IMG/VR virus record: IMGVR_UViG_2563366730_000001
Location: 1-57,693 of that record
Origin: a virus
Length of the DNA: 57,693 nt
Reading direction: 5' to 3' (one strand)
The position numbers and the translations under genes were made by a program. The notes under the pieces were generated by a model. That model did no database searches and was not told the origin of the DNA. It saw only the letters and a program-made list of their open reading frames with translations. Positions within the stretch are counted from its first letter, which is position 1. Each line of letters opens with the position of its first letter. This document shows, piece by piece, positions 24,169-33,619 of this stretch.

Positions 24169-25394
24169 TGGAATTTGAACAGTTTGGTGAAAAAGCTTGG
24201 AACTTCATTGATACACCAGTAATTTTAGATGCAAGTATTAATATTTTAGAGGGAAGTGTAAGAAGTGGTAAGACTATAGCAATGCTTCTTAAATGGCTTA
24301 GATATGTAGAAGAAGGCCCGAAAGGTCTATTGATAATGACAGGAGTATCTAAAGACACCGTATATGATAATGTTCTTAGAGATTTATTTGAGACCTTATA
24401 TGAAGAAGATTATTCCTATAATAGACAATCAGGAGACCTAAGGATATTTGATAGAGAGATAAAAGTTATAGGGGCAAAAGATGAAGGTTCAGAAAAGTAT
24501 TTAAGGGGTAAAACTTTGGCAGGAGCCTATTGTGATGAGTTATCCTTAATGCCTGAAAAATTCTTCAAGCAATTACTTAATAGACTTTCAATTAAAGGAG
24601 CTAAACTGTATGGAACTACTAACCCAGATAGCCCATACCATTATCTTTATACAGAATATATAACAGATAAAGAAAAACTAGAGAGTGGAATGGTTAAGGT
24701 TTATCATTTTATGTTAGATGATAATCCAAGTTTAGATGATGAATACAAAACCTTTATTAAGAATGCTTATACTGGATTTTGGTATGAACGAATGATTTTA
24801 GGGTTATGGGTAATTGCTCAAGGTGCTATATATGGAATGTGGGATAAAGAATTAAACACTTTTATAGATGAAGATTTACCGCCAGGATTTAAAAGTATGG
24901 CCCAAAGGTATATTTCAATTGACTATGGAGCATCAAACCCTACAACCTTTTTAGATATTTGGGATGATGGAGATACAGTTTGGATATTAGATGAGTATTA
25001 CCATGATAACAATAAAAAAGGACAAAAAGAAAATTCACAGTATGCAGAAGATTTAGTAAAGTTTATAGGAAGTGATTATCCTAGATTTGTTATTATAGAT
25101 CCATCAGCTAAAAGTTTAAAAATATCTATAAGAAATAAAGGAATAAGAACCAAAGATGCAGATAATGATGTATTAGAAGGAATAAGAATGGTATCTACAA
25201 TGATATCTAATAGAAAATTAAAAGTTCATAGGAAAAACTGTCCTAATTTTCTAGAAGAAGTGGCAGGGTATGTATGGGATGAAAAAGCAGCCTTACGTGG
25301 AGAAGATAAACCAGTAAAAAGTAAGGACCATACTTTAGATGCAGCAAGATATTTTGTGAAAACTATAATTAAGTCTAGAAGGTTAGCAAGATAA
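24168..25394 (+). CDS. terL: terminase large subunit (PBSX/Terminase_3-like)
   Basis: Walker A GSVRSGKT, Walker B-like AYCDE, and a C-terminal nuclease region (IDYGASNP). Confidence 0.9.
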   Translation: MEFEQFGEKAWNFIDTPVILDASINILEGSVRSGKTIAMLLKWLRYVEEGPKGLLIMTGVSKDTVYDNVLRDLFETLYEEDYSYNRQSGDLRIFDREIKVIGAKDEGSEKYLRGKTLAGAYCDELSLMPEKFFKQLLNRLSIKGAKLYGTTNPDSPYHYLYTEYITDKEKLESGMVKVYHFMLDDNPSLDDEYKTFIKNAYTGFWYERMILGLWVIAQGAIYGMWDKELNTFIDEDLPPGFKSMAQRYISIDYGASNPTTFLDIWDDGDTVWILDEYYHDNNKKGQKENSQYAEDLVKFIGSDYPRFVIIDPSAKSLKISIRNKGIRTKDADNDVLEGIRMVSTMISNRKLKVHRKNCPNFLEEVAGYVWDEKAALRGEDKPVKSKDHTLDAARYFVKTIIKSRRLAR

Positions 25395-25454
25395 GTCATA
25401 AGAGATAACATCTATTGAAGATGTTATTTTTATTTTGCATGAAAGGAGGTAACC

Positions 25455-26918
25455 ATGAAGAAGAAAAGGAATAAGAGATATTCTAGGGATTCTAAACCTA
25501 GAATAAAAAAAGATAATAGAGTTATGGCAATAGATGCTTTTTCTAATGTTCTTGCAAGGCTAGGAGCAGGTACACCTAATCTTTTAGAAGGTACAGACTA
25601 TCCAATGACTAGACTTACACAGAATTTTCAGCTTATGAATAGTCTTTATAGATCGCATTGGATAGTAAGAAAGGTAATAGATTGTATTCCGGAAGACATG
25701 TGTAAGAATTGGATAAATATAAAAACTCAATTATCTCCTAATGATTTAGATAGGTTTATAAAGTTAGAGAGAACAACTAGGGTACAAAGAGATATATTAC
25801 AAGGATTAAAATGGGGAAGACTTTATGGTGGAGCTGGAGCAGTAATTATAATAGATGGACATGAGGATATACTAAACACTCCTTTAGATTATGACATGAT
25901 AATGCCTGGAAGTTTTAAAGGAATGATAGTAACAGATAGATGGTGTGGTTTAACTCCTGGTGATGAAATTATAGAAGACTTAGGAAGTCCAGACTTTGGA
26001 TTACCTAAATACTATGATTGGAATACAGAAGCAGGTGGATGCATAAGAGTACACCATAGCAGGGTTCTTAGATTCATAGGAAGAGAACTTCCTAACTGGG
26101 AAAGGTATACTGAACAACAGTGGGGTGCTTCAGAAGTAGAAGTAATCTTTGATGAATTAAAGAAACGAGATAATACTAGTTGGAATATAGCACAGCTTGT
26201 ATTCTTAGCTAACTTAAGAGTATTAAAGATGGCTGACTTAGGAGAGTTGCTTGCTGTAGCAGATGAACAGGCTCAGAAAGAATTATATGATACTGTACAG
26301 GCTCAAAACTGGTTAATGTCTAATATGGGGATGTATATATTAAATAAAGATGATGATTTTCAAACACACCAATATTCATTTAGTGGGCTTAACGATATAT
26401 ATGAAAGCTTTATGTTAGATGTAGCAGGTGCTGCTGAAATACCAGTTACTAAACTATTTGGTAGAAGTCCAGCGGGGTTTAATGCTACTGGAGAATCAGA
26501 TTTACAAAATTACTATGATGTAATTGAGCAGAAACAAGCATCACAGCTATATCCAGTACTAGATAAGTTACTACCTATAATGTTTATGAGTGAGTTTGGA
26601 GCTATACCAGATGATTTGGACTATGAGTTCAATTCAATAGGTTCTCCAAAAGAAACAGAATTATCGGATATAGTTGATAAAAAATCTAATGCAATAATTA
26701 ATGTATTTAATGCTGGACTAATAAGTCAAAAGACTTCATTAAAGGAATTAAAGCAAATGGGAGAAACAACAGGGATGTTTACTAACATAAGTGATGAAGA
26801 TATAGAAAATGCTGATGAAGATATAGATCCAGTAGGTGATGTACCAGAGGAGAATGGAGAATTAGATTATGAAGAATTACAAGGATACACAATTAAGGAG
26901 GAAAAGAAATATGGATAA
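25455..26918 (+). CDS. portal protein (DUF1073-like)
   Basis: 487-aa ORF immediately after TerL, with an acidic C-terminus. The family is recalled from sequence character only. Confidence 0.8.
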   Translation: MKKKRNKRYSRDSKPRIKKDNRVMAIDAFSNVLARLGAGTPNLLEGTDYPMTRLTQNFQLMNSLYRSHWIVRKVIDCIPEDMCKNWINIKTQLSPNDLDRFIKLERTTRVQRDILQGLKWGRLYGGAGAVIIIDGHEDILNTPLDYDMIMPGSFKGMIVTDRWCGLTPGDEIIEDLGSPDFGLPKYYDWNTEAGGCIRVHHSRVLRFIGRELPNWERYTEQQWGASEVEVIFDELKKRDNTSWNIAQLVFLANLRVLKMADLGELLAVADEQAQKELYDTVQAQNWLMSNMGMYILNKDDDFQTHQYSFSGLNDIYESFMLDVAGAAEIPVTKLFGRSPAGFNATGESDLQNYYDVIEQKQASQLYPVLDKLLPIMFMSEFGAIPDDLDYEFNSIGSPKETELSDIVDKKSNAIINVFNAGLISQKTSLKELKQMGETTGMFTNISDEDIENADEDIDPVGDVPEENGELDYEELQGYTIKEEKKYG

Positions 26919-27069
26919 TCTGAAGGAAATTAATGAGCTAAAAAATCTATGTACACCAATAGTAGAGTATTTAAAAGAGAATTACGACCCATATTGTAAA
27001 GTTATTATATCAGACAATGAAATAAAGCTAGTATCTACGAAAATAGGAATACCAATTAATCAAGAGTAA
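26911..27069 (+). CDS. small hypothetical protein
   Basis: An ATG after AGGAGG is preferred over the track start at 26869. Confidence 0.45.
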   Translation: MDNLKEINELKNLCTPIVEYLKENYDPYCKVIISDNEIKLVSTKIGIPINQE

Positions 27070-27098
27070 TAGATTGTACTTTTATAGGAGGAAATTAA

Positions 27099-27311
27099 AT
27101 GGATATAATTTCAGAGCGAATTGTTAATATCTATAAATTAGAGAATAAAATAAAGTCTGCTCGCTGTAATGCTGATAATATCGAAAGGTTTATCAAAGAA
27201 AAAAATTACAACAGAGCAGAAGAATTTTCAAAAATACTTTCATTACAAATGCATGAACTTGATTGTTTTGAATTTCAAATAGAGCATAGGAAAATAAATA
27301 AAATAGATTAA
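27099..27311 (+). CDS. hypothetical protein
   Basis: 70-aa ORF with SD AGGAGG. Confidence 0.5.
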   Translation: MDIISERIVNIYKLENKIKSARCNADNIERFIKEKNYNRAEEFSKILSLQMHELDCFEFQIEHRKINKID

Positions 27312-27314
27312 TAC

Positions 27315-27569
27315 TTATTTATTTAAATCAATTGTTGGTTCAAAAGAATTTAATTCATTACAAGGATATTCTTTACAAAAAGCGTAAAGAGCTAATTTAC
27401 GGTTTCTTTTATATTCTGGTAAGTTATTATTTTCAATTATTGGGCAAATACCAAATTGAAATTCAGCTTTATAGGTATCTCCAATAAGCTTGTATTTACC
27501 AGAAACAGATAAATCAATATTTCAAAATGAACAATGAATCTTTTTACTAACCAATGTATAGTATGGCAT
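27315..27569 (-). CDS. 84-codon Cys-rich ORF interrupted by one in-frame TGA (27522..27524): candidate selenoprotein or nonsense pseudogene
   Basis: Strong SD AAGGAGGTG lies 7 nt before the ATG. Translation is MPYYTLVSKKIHCSF[TGA]NIDLSVSG...FCKEYPCNE...K*. A hairpin at 27494..27514 follows the TGA. The ORF is missing from the track because the downstream part has no Met. Confidence 0.45.
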
Positions 27570-27624
27570 AAATGAACACCTCCTTTAAGAATATTTTAAC
27601 ATTAAATTATAAGTTGGTGATAAT

Positions 27625-28470
27625 ATGACACTGAGAAAAAATACGGCTAAAGACCTTTGGAAGCCTAAAAGAAGAATAGAGGAAATGTATAAACGAACCT
27701 TAAAGCAGATAGCAAGTCAGATACAGGTTAAATTAAAAGATGCTAAGACAATAGAGGAAATATTAGTAGAACTTAAAAAAGCAATCAATAGTCCAGAGTT
27801 TAGCAGGTATGCAGATAGAGCAGCTATGAAAATGGTAACTAGTTTATTTGCAGATGCAGGACATACCTGGAGGCAAGCAGCTAGGAAGAATAGTAAAGGT
27901 AAGGGTATATACGAAGCATTAAAGAGAGAACTTAATGGGCCTATAGGTGGATCTATCAATGAACAAATACGAAGAAATGCACATTTAATAAAAAGCATGC
28001 CTTTAAGTATATCTAAAGATATTACAGAACATGTATCTAAAGAAGCCTTTAAGGGTAGAAGAGCAGAGTATATAGCAGAGGATTTACAAAAGGAAATACC
28101 AACTATGTTTGAGTCTAAAGCTAAGCTAATAGCTAGAACAGAAGTAAGTAAAACTTCTACAGCATTAACTAAGGCTAGATGTGAAAACATGGGGATCGAT
28201 TGGTATATATGGCGTACATCAGAAGACCAGAGAGTAAGAAAGAGTCACTACCATATGGAAGGGGTGATTGTTAATTGGAACAATCCACCTAGCCCTGAAG
28301 CTTTAAACAATGAAAAGAATGTAGGTTATTATCATGCAGGTAATATTTATAATTGTAGATGTTACCCAGAAGCAGTAATAATCTTAGATTTAATTAAATG
28401 GCCATCTAAAGTTTATTACAATGGTTCTATAGTAAGAATGACTAGAAAGCAATTTGAAGAAATAATGTGA
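27625..28470 (+). CDS. head morphogenesis protein (SPP1 gp7 / Mu F family)
   Basis: ARTEVSKT, W.WRTSEDQRVRKSH and YNCRCYPE motifs. Confidence 0.85.
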   Translation: MTLRKNTAKDLWKPKRRIEEMYKRTLKQIASQIQVKLKDAKTIEEILVELKKAINSPEFSRYADRAAMKMVTSLFADAGHTWRQAARKNSKGKGIYEALKRELNGPIGGSINEQIRRNAHLIKSMPLSISKDITEHVSKEAFKGRRAEYIAEDLQKEIPTMFESKAKLIARTEVSKTSTALTKARCENMGIDWYIWRTSEDQRVRKSHYHMEGVIVNWNNPPSPEALNNEKNVGYYHAGNIYNCRCYPEAVIILDLIKWPSKVYYNGSIVRMTRKQFEEIM

Positions 28471-28483
28471 TATTTAAAAAGTA

Positions 28484-28492
28484 TGTTATAAT
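28484..28492 (+). promoter_or_regulatory. extended -10 promoter element (TGtTATAAT) for the GNAT moron
   Basis: TG-T-TATAAT read directly, 47 nt upstream of the GNAT ATG. Confidence 0.45.
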
Positions 28493-28538
28493 TTACTAAA
28501 TGTAGATTGATAAATTGGAATCTGAAGGAGAAATTTTT

Positions 28539-29117
28539 ATGAAAGATAATTCATTTATAGAAACTGAAAGGCTGATATTAAGAAAGTTTACTGAAAAAGA
28601 TATAGATGCTTTTTTTTCGATTTTAAGTGATAAAGAGGTAAATAAATTTTTACCAATGTTCCCGCTTAAAGATATTGAAGAAGCAAAACAATACTTGCAA
28701 GAAAGATATCTAGTGTCAAACGGTTATCATTATGCTATTTGCTTGAAAGTAGATAACGTACCTATAGGATTTATTAATGTAAGTGATAATGAAAGTCACG
28801 ACTTAGGATATGGATTAAAAAAGGAGTTTTGGCATAAAGGAATTGTAACAGAAGCAAGTAAAGTAGTCATAGAACAGCTTGAAAAAGATGGTATTCCTTA
28901 TATTACAGCTACACATGATGTTAAAAATCCAAGAAGTGGGGCTATAATGAAAAAAATAGGAATGACTTACCAATATTCATATGAGGAACAATGGCAACCA
29001 AAGGATATACTTGTAACCTTTAGGATGTATCAATTAAACTTTGATGAGCAAAAAGATAGAGTATACAAAGAATACTGGAATAAGTACCCTGTCCATTTTA
29101 TTGAAAAAGATGTTTAA
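28539..29117 (+). CDS. GNAT-family N-acetyltransferase (RimJ/RimL-like)
   Basis: ETERLILRKFTEKDIDAFFSILSDKEVNKFLP and GYGLKKEFWHKGIVTEA. ATG after GAAGGAG. The track start is 28515 (TTG). Confidence 0.85.
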   Translation: MKDNSFIETERLILRKFTEKDIDAFFSILSDKEVNKFLPMFPLKDIEEAKQYLQERYLVSNGYHYAICLKVDNVPIGFINVSDNESHDLGYGLKKEFWHKGIVTEASKVVIEQLEKDGIPYITATHDVKNPRSGAIMKKIGMTYQYSYEEQWQPKDILVTFRMYQLNFDEQKDRVYKEYWNKYPVHFIEKDV

Positions 29118-29183
29118 ATTCTAGCTTAGTTATGAGTATATTATAAACACATTATTAAGTAAAAAAATAAATGACATATTAAA

Positions 29184-29222
29184 ATATTGCATTATTCATA
29201 AATGAATTTGCGATATTTTTTT
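29184..29222 (+). terminator. rho-independent terminator after the GNAT gene
   Basis: ATATTGCA ... TGCGATAT (one G.U pair) followed by TTTTTT. Confidence 0.55.
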
Positions 29223-29250
29223 ATTACGCAATTTAAATAAATAGTGAATT

Positions 29251-29275
29251 AAGTCTTAGAAATAAGGCTTTTTTA
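29251..29275 (+). terminator. second terminator-like hairpin
   Basis: AAGTCTTA gaaa TAAGGCTT followed by TTTT. Confidence 0.55.
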
Positions 29276-29304
29276 TTTTGCTTGAAAGGAGGTGATGAAG
29301 ACAT

Positions 29305-30600
29305 ATGAGAGCATTTTATGGATCTAGATTTAGTCCTAACATGACAAAGACACCTGAAGGTTTTTTAATATGCCATAACGTTCCTATTGCTCGTACAGGA
29401 TGGTATACATACTTACCTAGTGAGCTAGGAATAAAAAGTGATAAGCAGACTATAGAGGTATATAGAAGTCCAGATGAGGTATTCAATAGAGCAGCTATAG
29501 CAAGCTTCGAAGGTAAACCAGTAACAGATGACCATCCACCAGACTTATTAACTCCAGATAATATTAATATCTATTTAAGGGGTACTGTACAAAATGTAAG
29601 ACAAAGTAAAGAAGAAGATGATCTTTTAGTAGCAGACTTAGTTATCTATGATAGTTGCCTTATAAAAGAAGTAGAAGGTGGGAAAAGAGAAGTTAGTTGT
29701 GGATACGAATTTGAATGTAAAGAGAATGAAGATGGGACATATAGACAGATTAATATATGCGGTAATCATGTAGCGGTTGTTGATGCTGGAAGAGCTGGCA
29801 ATCGTGTATCTATAAAAGATTCTAAGAACAAAGAGTTGGAAGGGGAGAAGAAAGTGAGTAAAAAAGTAAAAATACCACAAAAAAGAGGACCAGTAACAAA
29901 TATATTAGCGGCATTAGGATTTAAGCACTATGCAGCTGATGCAGAACCAGATGAAATAGCTAACACTATAGATCAGTTGGTGGAAGAAAGGAAAGAAGGA
30001 GAATATGAGGATATAGAAGTAACTCCTAAGCAAGAAAATGAAGAAGCAGCTAAGGATTCAAGTCCAGAGATAGCTCAACTTACACAACAGGTATCAGGTT
30101 TAACTAAATTAGTAGAGCAATTACTTACAAAACAAAATGAAGAAAAGGCACCAGAAGAAGCAATAGATGAAATGATTAATAAGTTAGAAGAAAATACAGT
30201 AGGGGATGAAGAAGAATCAGTTACAGTTCCAGTTGGAGAGATAGGGGATGAAGATATTCCAGATGGTGTAGTAATAAGCCCTGAAGATAGACCTAAAAAC
30301 CCAATACCAGGAACTGATAGTAATCAAACTATGTTAATGGCATTAAAAGCTATGAAGCCTATAATAGCAAATATAAGTAATCCAGTAGAAAAGAAGAAAG
30401 CTTGTGATTCTCTTTTAAGTGCATTCAAGACTTCTAAGAAGACACAACAAAGTAATAATGGTTATGCAGATATATTAAGAGCACAAAAGAAGAATGCAAT
30501 GGATAGAAAAAGGGCAGATGATGAAAAAGCAAAAGAAGTAGAAGCTATAGGAGAAAATTATAAGAAGCAATTTAATCCACATTACAAGGAGGGGAAATAA
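29305..30600 (+). CDS. scaffolding or prohead-protease-like protein (DUF2213-like)
   Basis: Position between MuF and the capsid gene. N-terminus PEGFLICHNVPIARTGWYTY. Acidic coiled-coil centre. Confidence 0.65.
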   Translation: MRAFYGSRFSPNMTKTPEGFLICHNVPIARTGWYTYLPSELGIKSDKQTIEVYRSPDEVFNRAAIASFEGKPVTDDHPPDLLTPDNINIYLRGTVQNVRQSKEEDDLLVADLVIYDSCLIKEVEGGKREVSCGYEFECKENEDGTYRQINICGNHVAVVDAGRAGNRVSIKDSKNKELEGEKKVSKKVKIPQKRGPVTNILAALGFKHYAADAEPDEIANTIDQLVEERKEGEYEDIEVTPKQENEEAAKDSSPEIAQLTQQVSGLTKLVEQLLTKQNEEKAPEEAIDEMINKLEENTVGDEEESVTVPVGEIGDEDIPDGVVISPEDRPKNPIPGTDSNQTMLMALKAMKPIIANISNPVEKKKACDSLLSAFKTSKKTQQSNNGYADILRAQKKNAMDRKRADDEKAKEVEAIGENYKKQFNPHYKEGK

Positions 30601-30601
30601 T

Positions 30602-31129
30602 ATGCCAGGAAAAGCAATAGGAATTGAACTTAATTTAGGTTATCCAGGTACAGTATCTAGGAGTGTAGATACCATAATAACAGCAAGAAAGGTAAAAAGT
30701 AAAATAGATGGTGATAAAGAAACAGCTTCTCCAGTAGCTTTTGGGGAGGCTGTTATTTTAAATCCAGATAATTCTTATAGTAAGTTTTCTAGTACTAATA
30801 TAGCAACAGATTTTGTAGGCATAGCAGTAAGAGAAGTTAAGCAGACTATAGATTATTATTCTGCTGCTAAATATTTGCCAAATGAAATTATGGACGTTCT
30901 TAATAGAGGTAGCATAACAGTTAAATGTAATAACGGTAAGCCAGCAGCAGGGGGGAAGGTTTATATAAGAATAAAAGAAAATCCAACTTTACCTAATGGA
31001 AAGATTGGACAATTTGAGGCTGTAGCAGATGGAGAAAATACTGTAGAAATTCCAAATCTAAAGTGGGCTACAGGTAAATTAGATAGTAATAAAGTAGCAG
31101 AAGTTACTATTCTTAATAGGACTATATAG
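30602..31129 (+). CDS. head structural or decoration-like protein
   Basis: Position immediately upstream of the major capsid gene. No motif recognised. Confidence 0.45.
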   Translation: MPGKAIGIELNLGYPGTVSRSVDTIITARKVKSKIDGDKETASPVAFGEAVILNPDNSYSKFSSTNIATDFVGIAVREVKQTIDYYSAAKYLPNEIMDVLNRGSITVKCNNGKPAAGGKVYIRIKENPTLPNGKIGQFEAVADGENTVEIPNLKWATGKLDSNKVAEVTILNRTI

Positions 31130-31140
31130 GAGGTGCAGGA

Positions 31141-32169
31141 ATGAAAGGAACAACGAATATAAATGCTTTTAATGGACAGGTGCATAATGCATTTAATAAC
31201 ATAACACCAACTAGAACAGCTTTGGATGCAGCAAGTGATGGATCAGGGATGGCCTTCTTAGTTGGAGAGTTAGAAAAAAGAGATGCTAAGCTAAATGAAC
31301 CACTAACAAGTGTTACATGGATGAGAGATATAGTAGCTAAGACCGGTGGAGGATGGATAGAAAATACATCTAATTTATTTGTTGACTATGCTACTACAGG
31401 TGGTAATAACTATGGATTAATTAGAGGACAGACAAACAACATACCTGTAATGCAAGCTAATACAAGTAAAGATACATTTAAGGTGTTCCCTTGGTCTAAT
31501 ATACTAAAAGTACCTTTTATAGATCAACAGAAAATGCAATCTATAGGAAGATCCCTTGATAGCATATTAGATGATGGTATTAGATTAAACTACAATAAAA
31601 CTATAGATTACATGGTTTATAGAGGTGTAGAGGAAGAAGAAGTCTATGGATTAGTTAATAATACAGCAATTACTATTACAAGTGTGGCTAAAGGTGAAAA
31701 AGGAAAATCAGAATGGGCTACTAAAACAGCAGATGAAATATTAGATGATATAAATACAGTACTTACAGAAGCATGGACCAATAGCGAGTATGATTTAGGA
31801 GGTATGCCAAACCATATATTAATATCTCCACAGCAATACACTTACATTGCTACTAGAAAGGTTAGTGAGGCAGGAAATGTGTCTATTCTAACTTATCTAT
31901 TAGAAAATAACATAGCTAAGAACCAAGGAGTTGAGCTTGCAATAGTTCCTTGTAGATGGTGTGTAGGTGCTGGGCTTAACAAGACTAACCGTATGGTGGC
32001 TTATGTAAATGATGAAAGTAAAACACTAATTGATATACCAGTACCAATTATGAGAGCAATGACACAGCCTAGTGTAGGAGATGTTGCTTATTTAACTGCA
32101 TATATGGCTAATATAGGACAAACTAAGTTCTTATATACACAATGTGTTTTATATGCAGATGGAATATAA
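31141..32169 (+). CDS. major capsid protein (DUF2184-like)
   Basis: 342-aa ORF at the capsid position, followed by a strong terminator. Confidence 0.7.
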   Translation: MKGTTNINAFNGQVHNAFNNITPTRTALDAASDGSGMAFLVGELEKRDAKLNEPLTSVTWMRDIVAKTGGGWIENTSNLFVDYATTGGNNYGLIRGQTNNIPVMQANTSKDTFKVFPWSNILKVPFIDQQKMQSIGRSLDSILDDGIRLNYNKTIDYMVYRGVEEEEVYGLVNNTAITITSVAKGEKGKSEWATKTADEILDDINTVLTEAWTNSEYDLGGMPNHILISPQQYTYIATRKVSEAGNVSILTYLLENNIAKNQGVELAIVPCRWCVGAGLNKTNRMVAYVNDESKTLIDIPVPIMRAMTQPSVGDVAYLTAYMANIGQTKFLYTQCVLYADGI

Positions 32170-32190
32170 AAGTAATTAAAATTAATAAAT

Positions 32191-32222
32191 AAAAAGCTTT
32201 AGTGTGATGCTAAAGCTTTTTC
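32191..32222 (+). terminator. rho-independent terminator after the capsid gene
   Basis: AAAAGCTTTAG tgtgatg CTAAAGCTTTT followed by a T-run. Confidence 0.75.
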
Positions 32223-32240
32223 TATTTAAGGAGGAAGAAT

Positions 32241-32501
32241 ATGAGAATATATACAAACAAATCATTACTTTTTATAAATGGAGATGAAAAAATTAAAGTT
32301 AAAAATCTTGAAATAATAGATGTACCAGAATGGATAGAGAATACAGGTCTTTTTAGCTTAGCTAAATCGGATGGAACTTTAACAGTGATAGAAAGTAAAG
32401 AGGATAAAATAGCAGCAGAAAATGGTGATCTAAGAAAGCAAAGCAAGACTAAAGGTAAAGCAAATAAAGATGAAGTAGAAGAAATAGAAAAAAGTGAATA
32501 G
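32241..32501 (+). CDS. hypothetical protein
   Basis: 86-aa ORF with SD AAGGAGG. Confidence 0.55.
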   Translation: MRIYTNKSLLFINGDEKIKVKNLEIIDVPEWIENTGLFSLAKSDGTLTVIESKEDKIAAENGDLRKQSKTKGKANKDEVEEIEKSE

Positions 32502-32509
32502 GTGATTTT

Positions 32510-32989
32510 ATGAGTACTTTCAATGGGTTAATAAGTAGTGCTGGAAATATGAAGCCTGGAACTAATCCACCTTTTACATTAGAAAATTTCTATGAGGTAT
32601 ATCCACAGTTTGGAGAGAATGCAGAGGGGAATTATACAGTACCTAAAATAGTATTAGATATGTATTTAGATATGGCCAATGCCTGTATTAAAGAAAGTAG
32701 ATGGCATAGACAATGGAGATATGGAATGTGTTTATTTATTGCACATTTTTGTACCTTATACTTACAAGGCGTAGCTGATGTTAATGGTGGAGTTAAAGGC
32801 ATATTAGAAGCAGGTAAAACACGAGGACTAGACACATCCATAAGTGTTGGGGATGTATCTATATCAACAGATTATAGTATTACTATGAGTAATATAGAAG
32901 GCTGGGATGGTTGGAGCTTAAGTACTTATGGTCAGCAACTAATAACCTTAGGTAAGTTAGTTGGAAAAGGTGGAATGTATGTGTATTAA
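32510..32989 (+). CDS. head-tail connector/adaptor candidate (DUF4054-like)
   Basis: Assigned from its position in the head-tail joining block. Confidence 0.5.
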   Translation: MSTFNGLISSAGNMKPGTNPPFTLENFYEVYPQFGENAEGNYTVPKIVLDMYLDMANACIKESRWHRQWRYGMCLFIAHFCTLYLQGVADVNGGVKGILEAGKTRGLDTSISVGDVSISTDYSITMSNIEGWDGWSLSTYGQQLITLGKLVGKGGMYVY

Positions 32990-33001
32990 GGGTGTTCTTA
33001 T

Positions 33002-33619
33002 ATGCTAAATGGATTTACTAATATGCTTATAACAAAAGATTTAACCAAGGACATTAAAAAATCTCTTGAGGATTTAGCTAAAAAAACAGTATGCATAGGT
33101 ATTCCAGAGGAAGAGAACACCATGCATGATAAGATAGCCAATGCAGAATTACTATATATCCATACCCATGGAGTAAGAGATGTAACAATGAGAAGAGCTA
33201 TGCAACATGATTTAGATAGTGGTACTCCTTATAGTAAAGTCCATGAAATGTATGTACATGAAAATGGATCTCCACTTTGGCATAGTCCACCTAGACCAGT
33301 TCTTGAGCCTGCTATGGATAATAGCAAAGAGGAAATATCTGAACAGATGAAAGAGGCAATTATGGCTGCTCTGGATGGAAATAATCCAAGTGTTGAATTA
33401 CAAAAGGCAGGAGCACTTGGAGAAAGGGCAGCTAAAGACTGGTTTACTAATCCTGATAATAATTGGCCTCCAAATAGTGAAGTAACAATCAAAGGTAGTA
33501 AAAAGGATAAGAACGGTAAGAAGTTTATAAAAGGAAAAGGTTCAGATAGGCCACTAATAGATACAGGAGCATTGAGGAAAAGTATAATTTATGTGATTAA
33601 AGAAGGGGATAAGGAATGA
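33002..33619 (+). CDS. head-tail joining protein candidate
   Basis: Assigned from position. Overlaps the next gene by 4 nt (ATGA). Confidence 0.5.
   Translation: MLNGFTNMLITKDLTKDIKKSLEDLAKKTVCIGIPEEENTMHDKIANAELLYIHTHGVRDVTMRRAMQHDLDSGTPYSKVHEMYVHENGSPLWHSPPRPVLEPAMDNSKEEISEQMKEAIMAALDGNNPSVELQKAGALGERAAKDWFTNPDNNWPPNSEVTIKGSKKDKNGKKFIKGKGSDRPLIDTGALRKSIIYVIKEGDKE

Noticed and set aside
27522-27524. Genome-wide TGA reassignment (code 4 or 25) as an explanation for the in-frame TGA.
   Set aside because: TGA terminates several well-supported genes here, for example at 33616..33619 (ATGA overlap), 39178..39180 and 4875..4877. No other long ORF needs TGA readthrough.
27717-28190. A 157-aa minus-strand ORF inside the MuF-family gene.
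   Set aside because: It is fully embedded antisense in a gene with clear family motifs and has no SD. It is a shadow ORF.
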